A stretch of 64,000 nt of DNA from a virus: the IMG/VR virus record IMGVR_UViG_3300005805_000046, positions 1 through 64,000 of that record; one strand, 5' to 3'. A program made the translations under genes and the position numbers. This document shows, piece after piece, positions 55,988 to 64,000 of this stretch (position 1 is the first letter of the stretch; every line of letters begins with the position of its first letter). Below the pieces are notes generated by a model. The model was not told where the DNA came from and made no database searches. It saw only the letters and a list, made by a program, of their open reading frames with translations.

Positions 55988-56922
55988 GTGCTTAGATAAG
56001 GAGTAATTATTCCAAATCCCTCGTATCGTTTTTTCTTGGCAAACATTGGATCAGTTAAGCTTTTAGCTTTCTTTTTAAAGTAACCAATATATTCCTGACT
56101 ACTCGTAAAAGCATTTAGACTATTCTTTTTCCTGTAAGAAGAAACCAAGGCAGCACAACCAACAGCAAAGGGGTTGCTCATGCTTGTTCCGCTCATGGTC
56201 GCATATCCGTTACCGGGTACGCAACTTATAATATCTTGACCAGGGGCTAGGAAGTCAAGTGACTCTCCACTACAAGTAAAACTTGTTCTTTCTAAGTTTT
56301 TATCAATAGCGCCTATTGATATAACATCTTCATATTGAGCTGGATACATTACGTCAACATTTGGTCCAGCATTTCCAGCAGCACAAAAAATAACTGTATT
56401 TTTACTAACTGCATACTTAATAGCATTATATAGATCGTTAGTTGTTTGAGCACATCCTAGGCTCATCGTAATAAAATCTACACGCTGATCCGCCGACCAG
56501 ATAATAGCCTCAACAATATCTTGAATATTACCAGACCCATCATCAGATAATGCCTTAACTGGTATAATTTTTGACATTGGAGCCACACCAACCATACCGT
56601 ACTCATTATCTTGGGCCGATATTGTACCAGCAACGTGAGTACCATGACCATTATAGTCAATGGGGTCTTTATTTTTTTCTACAAAGTTTTTTCCCTGTAG
56701 AAGATTATCTTTTATGTCCTTGTGGTATAGATCGCATCCGGTATCTATAACCGCTATTCTGACCCCTTCGCCATTTGATTCTTTCCATAGTTTTGGTATG
56801 TCGAATTTAGATATTTCCCAACCGTAAAACTTAGATACATACGGATTCAATCCGCTGATATCTTCTCTGGTATATGGCAATAGTCCAATCTTATTCTTGG
56901 GCGATCTTCTATTTCTTTTCAT
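55984..56922 (-). CDS. Subtilisin-like S8 serine protease
   Basis: VIDTG, NGHGTHVAG, AAGN, SGTSMS. Confidence 0.95.
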   Translation of the reverse strand: MKRNRRSPKNKIGLLPYTREDISGLNPYVSKFYGWEISKFDIPKLWKESNGEGVRIAVIDTGCDLYHKDIKDNLLQGKNFVEKNKDPIDYNGHGTHVAGTISAQDNEYGMVGVAPMSKIIPVKALSDDGSGNIQDIVEAIIWSADQRVDFITMSLGCAQTTNDLYNAIKYAVSKNTVIFCAAGNAGPNVDVMYPAQYEDVISIGAIDKNLERTSFTCSGESLDFLAPGQDIISCVPGNGYATMSGTSMSNPFAVGCAALVSSYRKKNSLNAFTSSQEYIGYFKKKAKSLTDPMFAKKKRYEGFGIITPYLST

Positions 56923-57673
56923 TTGCCTCAGCTCTAAGAAGATTTATATTATCTCTTATCCATGTTACATGGTCGCTTATTCTTGTATGGCCACTTTCTG
57001 AGCCATATTCAGAATTTGATAGTTTTCCAACCGCCATTACACAGGAGTGTATTCCCGCCAACCTATTTCCTATAAAAAGACCACCTCCGCTATCTCCAGA
57101 CGCTATTAAAAATTCTAATGCCGTTTTATTATGGCCGGACGGTGTGCAGACTAGTAATCCTCTGTCTATATAATCTATTTTATTAGAGCCTGCTCTTTGC
57201 TTGTTATCAAAAAAAACTGCTCCGGTCTTAAAGTTTCCACTTTTTCCAAAGCCAGACAAAGAACATATTTTTGATATTTCGTCTTTATTCTCATATAGTT
57301 CTGGATAAAACTTTAAATCAATACTATTGTCGAGTAAACCAACCGCTATATCGAAATAGCCATAGACATTAGTATGGTATTTTTCGTGGACTATGTGTTT
57401 TTTGATTTTAATTATTTTATTATTTATATGAACAAGAGAATTATGACTATTTTCTATAACATGAGCAGCGGTTAGAATTATATCGTCCTTATAGGCAACA
57501 ACCGAACCAGAGATAGGATTATTGTCCGAGCTGATTCCCATAAACTGACCTATAAACGGAAATCCGGTAGCATAGTCTAGATATTCCTCATCCTTAGTAT
57601 TCGGATCTATCGTACCAGCCAAAAGACTTCCGGAGAAAAAAACTAATGCGACTAAAAAACGTAGGATTTTCAT
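56909..57673 (-). CDS. Trypsin-like S1 serine protease with signal peptide
   Basis: LTAAH, DIAV, GDSGG; hydrophobic N-terminus. Confidence 0.92.
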   Translation of the reverse strand: MKILRFLVALVFFSGSLLAGTIDPNTKDEEYLDYATGFPFIGQFMGISSDNNPISGSVVAYKDDIILTAAHVIENSHNSLVHINNKIIKIKKHIVHEKYHTNVYGYFDIAVGLLDNSIDLKFYPELYENKDEISKICSLSGFGKSGNFKTGAVFFDNKQRAGSNKIDYIDRGLLVCTPSGHNKTALEFLIASGDSGGGLFIGNRLAGIHSCVMAVGKLSNSEYGSESGHTRISDHVTWIRDNINLLRAEANEKK

Positions 57674-57992
57674 TTGAAGATATCCTTACTTTATAAGGTC
57701 TATTATTTACCTTATTAAGATACACCGCCGCATCATGAATAACCTCAGTATTCCAGCTTTGTGTACTCATCAAATGACCTATTGCTAAATGACAGTATTT
57801 ATCGCATAGGGTTATAAGATTAGTAGGATCTAGTTCTCTGTCTGGATTATGATGTACGGGCTCTATGTGGTGTGCTTGTAAACCTTCTTTTCTCCCACAT
57901 GCAGCACAAGCGGGGAACTTTGATATATGTTCATCACGCACCCTTTTCCAGAGCGGGGATCTTTTTTCGCTACCAAATATAAAAAAATTCAT
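57594..57992 (-). CDS. HNH endonuclease
   Basis: CAACG..QAHHIEP..NLITLC..CH. Confidence 0.85.
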   Translation of the reverse strand: MNFFIFGSEKRSPLWKRVRDEHISKFPACAACGRKEGLQAHHIEPVHHNPDRELDPTNLITLCDKYCHLAIGHLMSTQSWNTEVIHDAAVYLNKVNNRPYKVRISSNENPTFFSRISFFLRKSFGWYDRSEY

Positions 57993-58894
57993 ACCCTACT
58001 ACCTATTACTCGTCCTTTCTGAGTTCTTACAACAAAACCCTTTCTAACCAAAAACGGCTCTATGCTATTTTCTATCGTGTCTATGGCGATACCCGTGAGC
58101 GAGGAGATCGCTTTTAAACCCAATGGCTGTCCCTTGCTGTTTTTTAAACTCTCCAGATACAGACGATCATATACGTCCAGACCGTGCTTATCTATACCCT
58201 GCACACTAAAAACCTCGTCTATGCTAGCGCTGTTACCGTGGCATATTCTATAATTTTTATACCACTGTAATCTGCCGTTTAAAATTCTTGGAGTACCTTT
58301 ACTTCTCTCAGCAACAGCGAGCAAGTCTTCATCGGATATAACAATCCCGAGTTTTTCGCAATTTAATCTTGCTAGTTTAGCTAAATCTTCTGTAGCATAA
58401 AATGATAGATGCTCTTTGATCTGGAATCTATCATAAAATGGCTGACTTAAAGAACCTCCGCTTGTTGTTGCGCCTACCATTGTGAACGCGGGTAGGTTGA
58501 TTGTTTCTATTTGTTCGTCTGTAGTTGTACTTAGTACAAAATCTTCCATTACGGGATATAAAAATTCTTCTACAAGTTTTGGTAGTCTGTGAATCTCGTC
58601 AATAAATAACACAGATCTTGGCGACAGACCCATTAGATATGGAATAATATTTTTTGAACTACGAATAGAAGCAGCGTTTATGGTATATAGATCTACCCCA
58701 AGTTCATTAGAGATAGCACTCGCTATAGTAGTTTTTCCAAGACCGGGAGGCCCATCTATTAAAACGTGGGGCAATACTTCTCCTGCGCTTTTGCATCCAG
58801 CGACAGAAACTCGTAATCTGTTTATAACGTCCGACTGTCCTATAATTTCATTGAACGTTGTTGGTCTGATATGGTTACTCATGATACTCTCCAA
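57989..58894 (-). CDS. ruvB: Holliday junction branch-migration helicase RuvB
   Basis: IRPTTFNEIIGQ, GPPGLGKTT, LFIDEIHRL, GATT, GTPRI, IEPFLV..G..RT.KGR. Confidence 0.93.
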   Translation of the reverse strand: MESIMSNHIRPTTFNEIIGQSDVINRLRVSVAGCKSAGEVLPHVLIDGPPGLGKTTIASAISNELGVDLYTINAASIRSSKNIIPYLMGLSPRSVLFIDEIHRLPKLVEEFLYPVMEDFVLSTTTDEQIETINLPAFTMVGATTSGGSLSQPFYDRFQIKEHLSFYATEDLAKLARLNCEKLGIVISDEDLLAVAERSKGTPRILNGRLQWYKNYRICHGNSASIDEVFSVQGIDKHGLDVYDRLYLESLKNSKGQPLGLKAISSLTGIAIDTIENSIEPFLVRKGFVVRTQKGRVIGSRV

Positions 58895-58923
58895 AGTTTA
58901 ATAGGCCAATATTTAATTAATGA

Positions 58924-59352
58924 CTAGTCTTGTTCGGTATTTCCTTGGTCTGCATTTTTTATCCAGAACACAAAATCATTGATCTCGCTATCATAAGCGG
59001 TATCAACCAATCCCTTTTTAATCAAACCCGAAAGAATATTGCTAACTAATCTTGAGTGCATAGACTCTACTATTTCTGAAAAGATTTTTTCATTGATTAC
59101 GTATCTGATTGCTTGGGTTTGTTTGTTCTTTTGTTTTTTTGCTAATTCTTTCACTATTGTTAGTGCTTCAGAAAAACTTAGAACAGTATCCATTTCTTGT
59201 GTTTCTGCTTCTGAAATATCTCCCATTAGTTTAATAAATTCATCGGGATCGTCCGTTGTTTCTTTACCAAATTTACCAAAGCCATTAAATACTACCCTAC
59301 GCATACTATCCGTAAATTTATCTGTATCGGTAATAACATAGTTACTCTTCAT
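58924..59352 (-). CDS. Hypothetical protein
   Basis: ORF on the dominant strand. Confidence 0.6.
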   Translation of the reverse strand: MKSNYVITDTDKFTDSMRRVVFNGFGKFGKETTDDPDEFIKLMGDISEAETQEMDTVLSFSEALTIVKELAKKQKNKQTQAIRYVINEKIFSEIVESMHSRLVSNILSGLIKKGLVDTAYDSEINDFVFWIKNADQGNTEQD

Positions 59353-59387
59353 AATTATTCGATTCTTTCTTCTATAAATTTTATAGT

Positions 59388-59840
59388 TTAATTCAGAATA
59401 TCAAACAGTCCTCGATAATACGAAGGCTGCTGAACAAAATGCTTAATGTTGCTTTGTAGATGTAAAATATATGATTCTTGTAGTTTGTCTCTGATAAAAT
59501 ATTTTTGTTTCCATACAGGACTATTATACTGATTGTTCCCCAAATACAGGAGGGAGTTTCCTCCACCCACTGTATTGGAGACCCAATCAGTCACAGGTAA
59601 CTGAACAAACGGAAAGCCAGAGATATTATTTATACTGCTCAAGTCATTAGTATTCGCCGGAGGATTATTAATAAGGTTGTCTATCATCTTGTGAACCCAT
59701 TCTGATATAGGCCCGCTACTTACGTCAAATTTAAAATAAAACTTATTCCAGTCTGATTGTTGCTGACTCTCATCGTATTCGTGACTATCATCATAATCAT
59801 CTCCATAATAGTCTTCATAATCATCATATGGTTCGTACAC
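59388..59840 (-). CDS. Hypothetical protein with acidic N-terminus
   Basis: GTG start with AAAGGA RBS. Confidence 0.55.
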   Translation of the reverse strand: MYEPYDDYEDYYGDDYDDSHEYDESQQQSDWNKFYFKFDVSSGPISEWVHKMIDNLINNPPANTNDLSSINNISGFPFVQLPVTDWVSNTVGGGNSLLYLGNNQYNSPVWKQKYFIRDKLQESYILHLQSNIKHFVQQPSYYRGLFDILN

Positions 59841-59859
59841 AGATTTATCCTTTCATAAA

Positions 59860-59935
59860 AGATGGCCGAGAGAATCGAACCCTCGTTATTAGCAACACAA
59901 ACTATTAGATGCTGCCAACAAGACCACTCGCCACC
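59860..59935 (-). ncRNA. tRNA-like structure lacking a D-arm
   Basis: Acceptor-like GGTGGC/GCCATC, T-arm GAGGG-TTCGATT-CTCTC, and a 12-13 bp central stem. Confidence 0.5.
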
Positions 59936-59946
59936 TTGACTATTAA

Positions 59947-60810
59947 TCAATACTGATTGTCATAATCTTCATCATCATAGTCTTCTTCTTCATCTTCTTC
60001 GTCGAACTGACCCCAATAACTTTCATCATAGTCATTAAGATAATCATCCTCATCATCCTCATACTCGTCCTGAGTAAAATCGGCTGAATAAAGAGGCTTG
60101 AGTAGTTCGCCTTCGTATTCCCCAACCACTTCATATCGACAGGTACGAAGTTTTTCACAATTACAGTCGCTTGGAACACTTACCACATCCTTGGGATTGA
60201 TTTTGACAATAACAATTCTATCGCCAGCATCTACGTTGCCATAACTAGCGACATAATTTAATGCACCAGCATGAAGACCATTTGAACATCCGCGACCACG
60301 ATCATCATCGACCTTTGATCTGGTCATTTGACAAACCTGACCGACATGATTATCGAACTTGCCAACATACTTGTCCATATAGTCGCTTCTAACCGCTTTA
60401 TATGCCAAGAAATGACCATCCTCTGTGATCGGCAGATGCTCATGCTCCAAGAAATCATACAGTTCCTTTTGGCTCTGCATACTTGGATTCTCCATGAGAT
60501 TGTTTAGAAAAGTCACAAGGGGCTCAAAAGGCAGACCCTTACTCATAAATTCAAGGATACGCTTACTAATACTACCGTGAACAACTTCACCCTCATAAGT
60601 AACTTGTCCATTCTTAATCTCGACCAAACCATCACTAAAATTAGCAACAGCCTTTTCTACATCAACAATATCCAAAAGTTCCTCTGCCGTTGCTGTTGGC
60701 AGAGCCTCAAGGATCATCTTGTAGTTAATGTGGTCCGGCAACACCTGATAACTCTGGTTATTAAGAACCAGCGTCAAATTACCATCGACAAACATAAAAG
60801 GAACAGCCAT
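59947..60810 (-). CDS. rIIB: rIIB-like protein
   Basis: FLNNLMENPS, LYDFL, ITEDGHFLAYKAV, CSNGLH, VKINPKDVVSVP.D....KLRTCRYEV. Confidence 0.9.
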   Translation of the reverse strand: MAVPFMFVDGNLTLVLNNQSYQVLPDHINYKMILEALPTATAEELLDIVDVEKAVANFSDGLVEIKNGQVTYEGEVVHGSISKRILEFMSKGLPFEPLVTFLNNLMENPSMQSQKELYDFLEHEHLPITEDGHFLAYKAVRSDYMDKYVGKFDNHVGQVCQMTRSKVDDDRGRGCSNGLHAGALNYVASYGNVDAGDRIVIVKINPKDVVSVPSDCNCEKLRTCRYEVVGEYEGELLKPLYSADFTQDEYEDDEDDYLNDYDESYWGQFDEEDEEEDYDDEDYDNQY

Positions 60811-60835
60811 TTTAATTCTCCTATTACCTGTGAAA

Positions 60836-63523
60836 TTACTTAATCAAACTACTCAACTGAATCTTGAACAAATCCACATTGTCTTGACTCATTTGACTAA
60901 ACCAATCTTTACCATTATTATTGTAATAACTATTTCGCTCATCAAGTTGATTGATCGGGTTCTTGTTAGTTTTGAGTTCTCGCAGGTTCCCGCTAACTTG
61001 GTGACTACCAAGAATATACTTTAGCATCGGGTTCTTGTCAACCTCCGCTTTAATATTTTCTCTAATCTCACTAATTTTTGGCAGAGTATACTTCTCGGAT
61101 ACTTCTGTCTTGATTATTTTGGCATACTCAATAGCCAGAGTAGCCTTATCCCCACCATATAGTCTGTTTTCGATAGTTTGTAACAGATAGTTGTACGCAA
61201 CATTACCATTACGAATCTGGTTACTATCAACGTCCTTAATACCAAGATCACTTAACAGTTTTGTCATATGGTTTAGGTAATCCGTTTCATTGAATCTAGT
61301 TATAGCAAACTTAGAATCATGAACAGTGTGAGCAAAGAACTCCAAAATCATGGTATTATCAACTGCTTCTGACAGTTTCTTGTTGCCAATAAACTTACCA
61401 TAGTCTAGTCCAAAAATATTTAGCATATGGAACATAAACTGCCTATCCACAGACCCATAGTTATAGTACCTATAGGAGTCAGACTTTTCTTGCTTTTCAT
61501 ACTCTCTCTTGGCATACTCAATAATAGCGTTGTACGAGGCAATATTTTTAAAATGCTTCTGTGCAACAACCTTGAGTTGACGCTTTAGAAACTCATTGAA
61601 ATTAGTAAGTGTATGACCATCGTTTTCAAGTTTAGCGACAAACGCACTCTTGATAGCATAGATCTTATTTTTTCCAATCAAGTCCTTCATTATATGCTTG
61701 ATATGATCGTCATGTAGTGCGAGAGAAATATCTGCGATCTCTGGAAAGCCAGCACCCTCTTGAGACTTATATCTCACCATAGGCACATAGATAATCTCAT
61801 CCGTTTCCAGAAAGTCATTCAACTGATCTTCCGACAGCATCTTAAGACACTGAGCATCATTATATGGATTACTAATGCTCTTGCTCTTTGCGTCTGCCCC
61901 ATAGATGAAGAATACATCTTGATCGCTGACACTACCCTTGCTATTTCTAGTGGATTGCTTTCTTGGGCCGGAATTTTGAGTAAGATGCTTATAGTCTGAG
62001 ACTTTAAGAATATTATCCTCACCCACATCCTTTCGCAACTTATCAAAACCTTCGTGACTTTGGGTATAATCCTTACTATCAAGCATCATATACGCAAAGC
62101 AATCGTTCTGATTACAATATCTTGTAATAATCTTTTTGGCTGTTTCTTCGCTCTTAACATCACAAACAAAGAAAGCCATGCTACCATTCTTCTTGGTGGA
62201 ATTCCAGTAAGAATATCCCTTGCCAGTCAAGGTTTCGTGATGAATCTTATCTGTGAGAGCAACAAGCCTACGAGAACGGTAGCCGCTGCTCTTATAGTTA
62301 AAGACATACAGACTCTTACCGGCTGGAATTTTATATTCAAGGTCATTGCCAGAATTAATCTGATGCTCCTTGCCGGTATCATCCTTCCAAGAAGCACCAA
62401 CGCCCCAACCGCCGGCCAATTCATTCATGGTATAATACAGACTAATGGCTTCCACCTTCGTCTTGGCGGCGGCGATCTTTTTGGAGAATTCCTCCTTCAT
62501 TTCCATATAGATATCTTGAGTCTTTTGACGCAGGGTTTTAATAACCTGTTTCGTATACTGCAAGCCTTCTCTGGAAACATCCATTTCCAATTCACCAATA
62601 CCAAAGTCTAGTTCAAGATATAGACCGGAGTGAATGATTTCTCCGATAAAACTCTTCCAACTATCAATATCTGCTTTTTGGAAAGCACGATTCCACTTCT
62701 GGATATGATCTGGAGTATCCTCTTTCTCTTGACCAACAATCTGTGCAGTATGCACGGGATATGCAATATTGCCCATGATAGCCACAACACCGCTATCAAT
62801 ACGATGATAATTATTAGGATAATACTGACTATCGTTATTAAGTCTACAGACTCTCCATCCAGTACCACTGATTACAATATTGGTATTACTATACTTATGG
62901 TCTTGGAGATTTGGTGCAACACCACCCTCAATAATAGGTTTCATTCGGAAATAATGAAAAATCCGCATAGCCTTGTTAGTAAACTCAGCAAAATCCTGCT
63001 GCTTAACAGCAAAACTAATTTCCAGACCGTTGGGCTCTGTTGTGTCAGAAGTATTAAAAAGATTTAGGGTAGGAACACCACTATCATCAATAGCGGCGAT
63101 ATACGTATACTTCTTTCCGTTAAAATAAGAGGCAGTAGTAAAACTTTTTGTATATGCAAACGGACTCTTAGACCCTAGACCCAAGCACCCCACAAAATCA
63201 TTGCTATCATTCTTATTTGAAGCACCGTAGGTGGTATACAGGTTCTCCATATCTCCCTGACTAAGACCAGTGCCATAGTCTCGCACCATAAATGTGGGAT
63301 TGGCAGCGGTAGGAAGAAATACCTTAAACGGATTTTTATTTCCGGCAGAAATATGGCTATCATAAGCATTGGTGGACAACTCACGAATAGCGGCCATTAC
63401 TTTGTCGGAATAGAGAGAATCCGACAAGATTTTAAACATTTTGCTAGTCTGAGCGATATTGAACTGATTGCGACTCTCAACCCCAACACTATGCGTTTCG
63501 ATAGTACGATCTGCCAACTTCAT
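60836..63523 (-). CDS. rIIA: rIIA-like protein (N-terminal GHKL ATPase fold)
   Basis: ILSDSLYSDK.AAIRELSTNAYDSH, VRDYGTGLS, GCLGLGSKSPFAYT, SREGLQY. Confidence 0.9.
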   Translation of the reverse strand: MKLADRTIETHSVGVESRNQFNIAQTSKMFKILSDSLYSDKVMAAIRELSTNAYDSHISAGNKNPFKVFLPTAANPTFMVRDYGTGLSQGDMENLYTTYGASNKNDSNDFVGCLGLGSKSPFAYTKSFTTASYFNGKKYTYIAAIDDSGVPTLNLFNTSDTTEPNGLEISFAVKQQDFAEFTNKAMRIFHYFRMKPIIEGGVAPNLQDHKYSNTNIVISGTGWRVCRLNNDSQYYPNNYHRIDSGVVAIMGNIAYPVHTAQIVGQEKEDTPDHIQKWNRAFQKADIDSWKSFIGEIIHSGLYLELDFGIGELEMDVSREGLQYTKQVIKTLRQKTQDIYMEMKEEFSKKIAAAKTKVEAISLYYTMNELAGGWGVGASWKDDTGKEHQINSGNDLEYKIPAGKSLYVFNYKSSGYRSRRLVALTDKIHHETLTGKGYSYWNSTKKNGSMAFFVCDVKSEETAKKIITRYCNQNDCFAYMMLDSKDYTQSHEGFDKLRKDVGEDNILKVSDYKHLTQNSGPRKQSTRNSKGSVSDQDVFFIYGADAKSKSISNPYNDAQCLKMLSEDQLNDFLETDEIIYVPMVRYKSQEGAGFPEIADISLALHDDHIKHIMKDLIGKNKIYAIKSAFVAKLENDGHTLTNFNEFLKRQLKVVAQKHFKNIASYNAIIEYAKREYEKQEKSDSYRYYNYGSVDRQFMFHMLNIFGLDYGKFIGNKKLSEAVDNTMILEFFAHTVHDSKFAITRFNETDYLNHMTKLLSDLGIKDVDSNQIRNGNVAYNYLLQTIENRLYGGDKATLAIEYAKIIKTEVSEKYTLPKISEIRENIKAEVDKNPMLKYILGSHQVSGNLRELKTNKNPINQLDERNSYYNNNGKDWFSQMSQDNVDLFKIQLSSLIK

Positions 63524-63564
63524 CTTTGTTCTCCAAAATTGTTATCGTTTCCTGTGATGCTCCA

Positions 63565-63593
63565 AGTATACCATCGGCAAGTCGGATTGTCAA
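63565..63593 (-). promoter_or_regulatory. Strong sigma70-type promoter for rIIA/rIIB
   Basis: TTGACA-N17-TATACT with extended TG. Confidence 0.75.
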
Positions 63594-63596
63594 CCT

Positions 63597-63857
63597 TTAG
63601 TTGTTGTTGCGTGTAAAGTTTTTTCCTATGCGATTGTTGATAGACAAAACACCAAGTAAAAGAGACACAATTCCCACATATCTTATTCCTGGTATGGGTA
63701 GATAAAAAAACCATAATCCTGCGAATATGGTTACACCAGATATGAGGACAACGAACCATGTTGGCACATAATAAATTCCACTTATAACGAAACATAGTGG
63801 ACCTGAGACCAATATAGCCAAAACAATAATAGATGCTAATAAGGCTAAGCTAATCAT
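63597..63857 (-). CDS. Small multi-TM membrane protein
   Basis: Three hydrophobic segments. Confidence 0.6.
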   Translation of the reverse strand: MISLALLASIIVLAILVSGPLCFVISGIYYVPTWFVVLISGVTIFAGLWFFYLPIPGIRYVGIVSLLLGVLSINNRIGKNFTRNNN

Positions 63858-63999
63858 TATCTAGATCTTCGTCTTCAAGAGATTCTCTCCAATCTTCATT
63901 GTCTGGAATCCAGCCCTCGTTGGATTCGTAATCTTCTTCATGTTCATCTAGTTCTCCTATCTCAACACTTTCTTCAATAAAAAGAGTAAGTGTCATCAT
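63850..63999 (-). CDS. Acidic protein, 3' end only
   Basis: Open frame from the window edge ...EEDYESNEGWIPDNEDWRESLEDEDLDND-stop. Confidence 0.45.
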   Translation of the reverse strand: MMTLTLFIEESVEIGELDEHEEDYESNEGWIPDNEDWRESLEDEDLDND

Positions 64000-64000
64000 C

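Noticed and set aside
59860-59935. Canonical tRNA gene
   Set aside because: No D-stem, no 7-nt anticodon loop and no CCA; kept only as a tRNA-like element
2165-63616. Numerous short plus-strand and alternate-frame ORFs in the track
   Set aside because: They are antisense or out-of-frame shadows of well-supported genes and have no motifs
1-64000. Reverse transcriptase, Avd or template repeat
   Set aside because: No ORF with RT motifs, and no second copy of the 35313-35442 sequence found by eye
1-64000. Stop-codon reassignment
   Set aside because: Conserved genes are full length under code 11, and TAA, TAG and TGA all terminate genes

Overview
This is a gene-dense, AT-rich (roughly 35% GC by eye) segment of a large tailed-phage genome. 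Almost all genes lie on the minus strand. Several protein families hint at a Planctomycetota/PVC host, but this is inference. From left to right the window holds: (1) a Cys-rich plus-strand gene pair; (2) a glycosyltransferase/sugar-modification cluster; (3) a replication and recombination block with SSB, a DNA polymerase III alpha split into two genes with a DEDDh exonuclease between the halves, a Cas4-like nuclease, dNMP kinase, primase, DnaB and RecA; (4) PhoH, class II ribonucleotide reductase and dCMP deaminase; (5) a putative lysis/membrane module with a papain-like peptidase; (6) an adsorption/structural module with a delta-60 propeller, an FGE/C-type-lectin-fold protein, an Mtd_N tail fibre and Cys-rich proteins; (7) accessory genes (DeoC-like, ClpP, sigma factor, bacterioferritin-like, GuaC, SET, macrodomain, S8 and S1 proteases, RuvB) and rIIA/rIIB. 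The strongest signal is in the adsorption module. A circularly permuted FGE/CLec protein carries a ~130-bp, 64%-GC patch with the codon signature of a DGR variable region, placed near the 5' end of the gene, and no RT or template repeat is visible in the window. Next to it are two GC-rich cassettes fused in frame to native genes and bracketed by direct repeats. Other notable items are the intein-less split DnaE, a D-arm-less tRNA-like element, a recurrent GGTGTAT upstream motif, and several apparently dead enzymes. All annotations come from motif recognition by eye; no searches were run.
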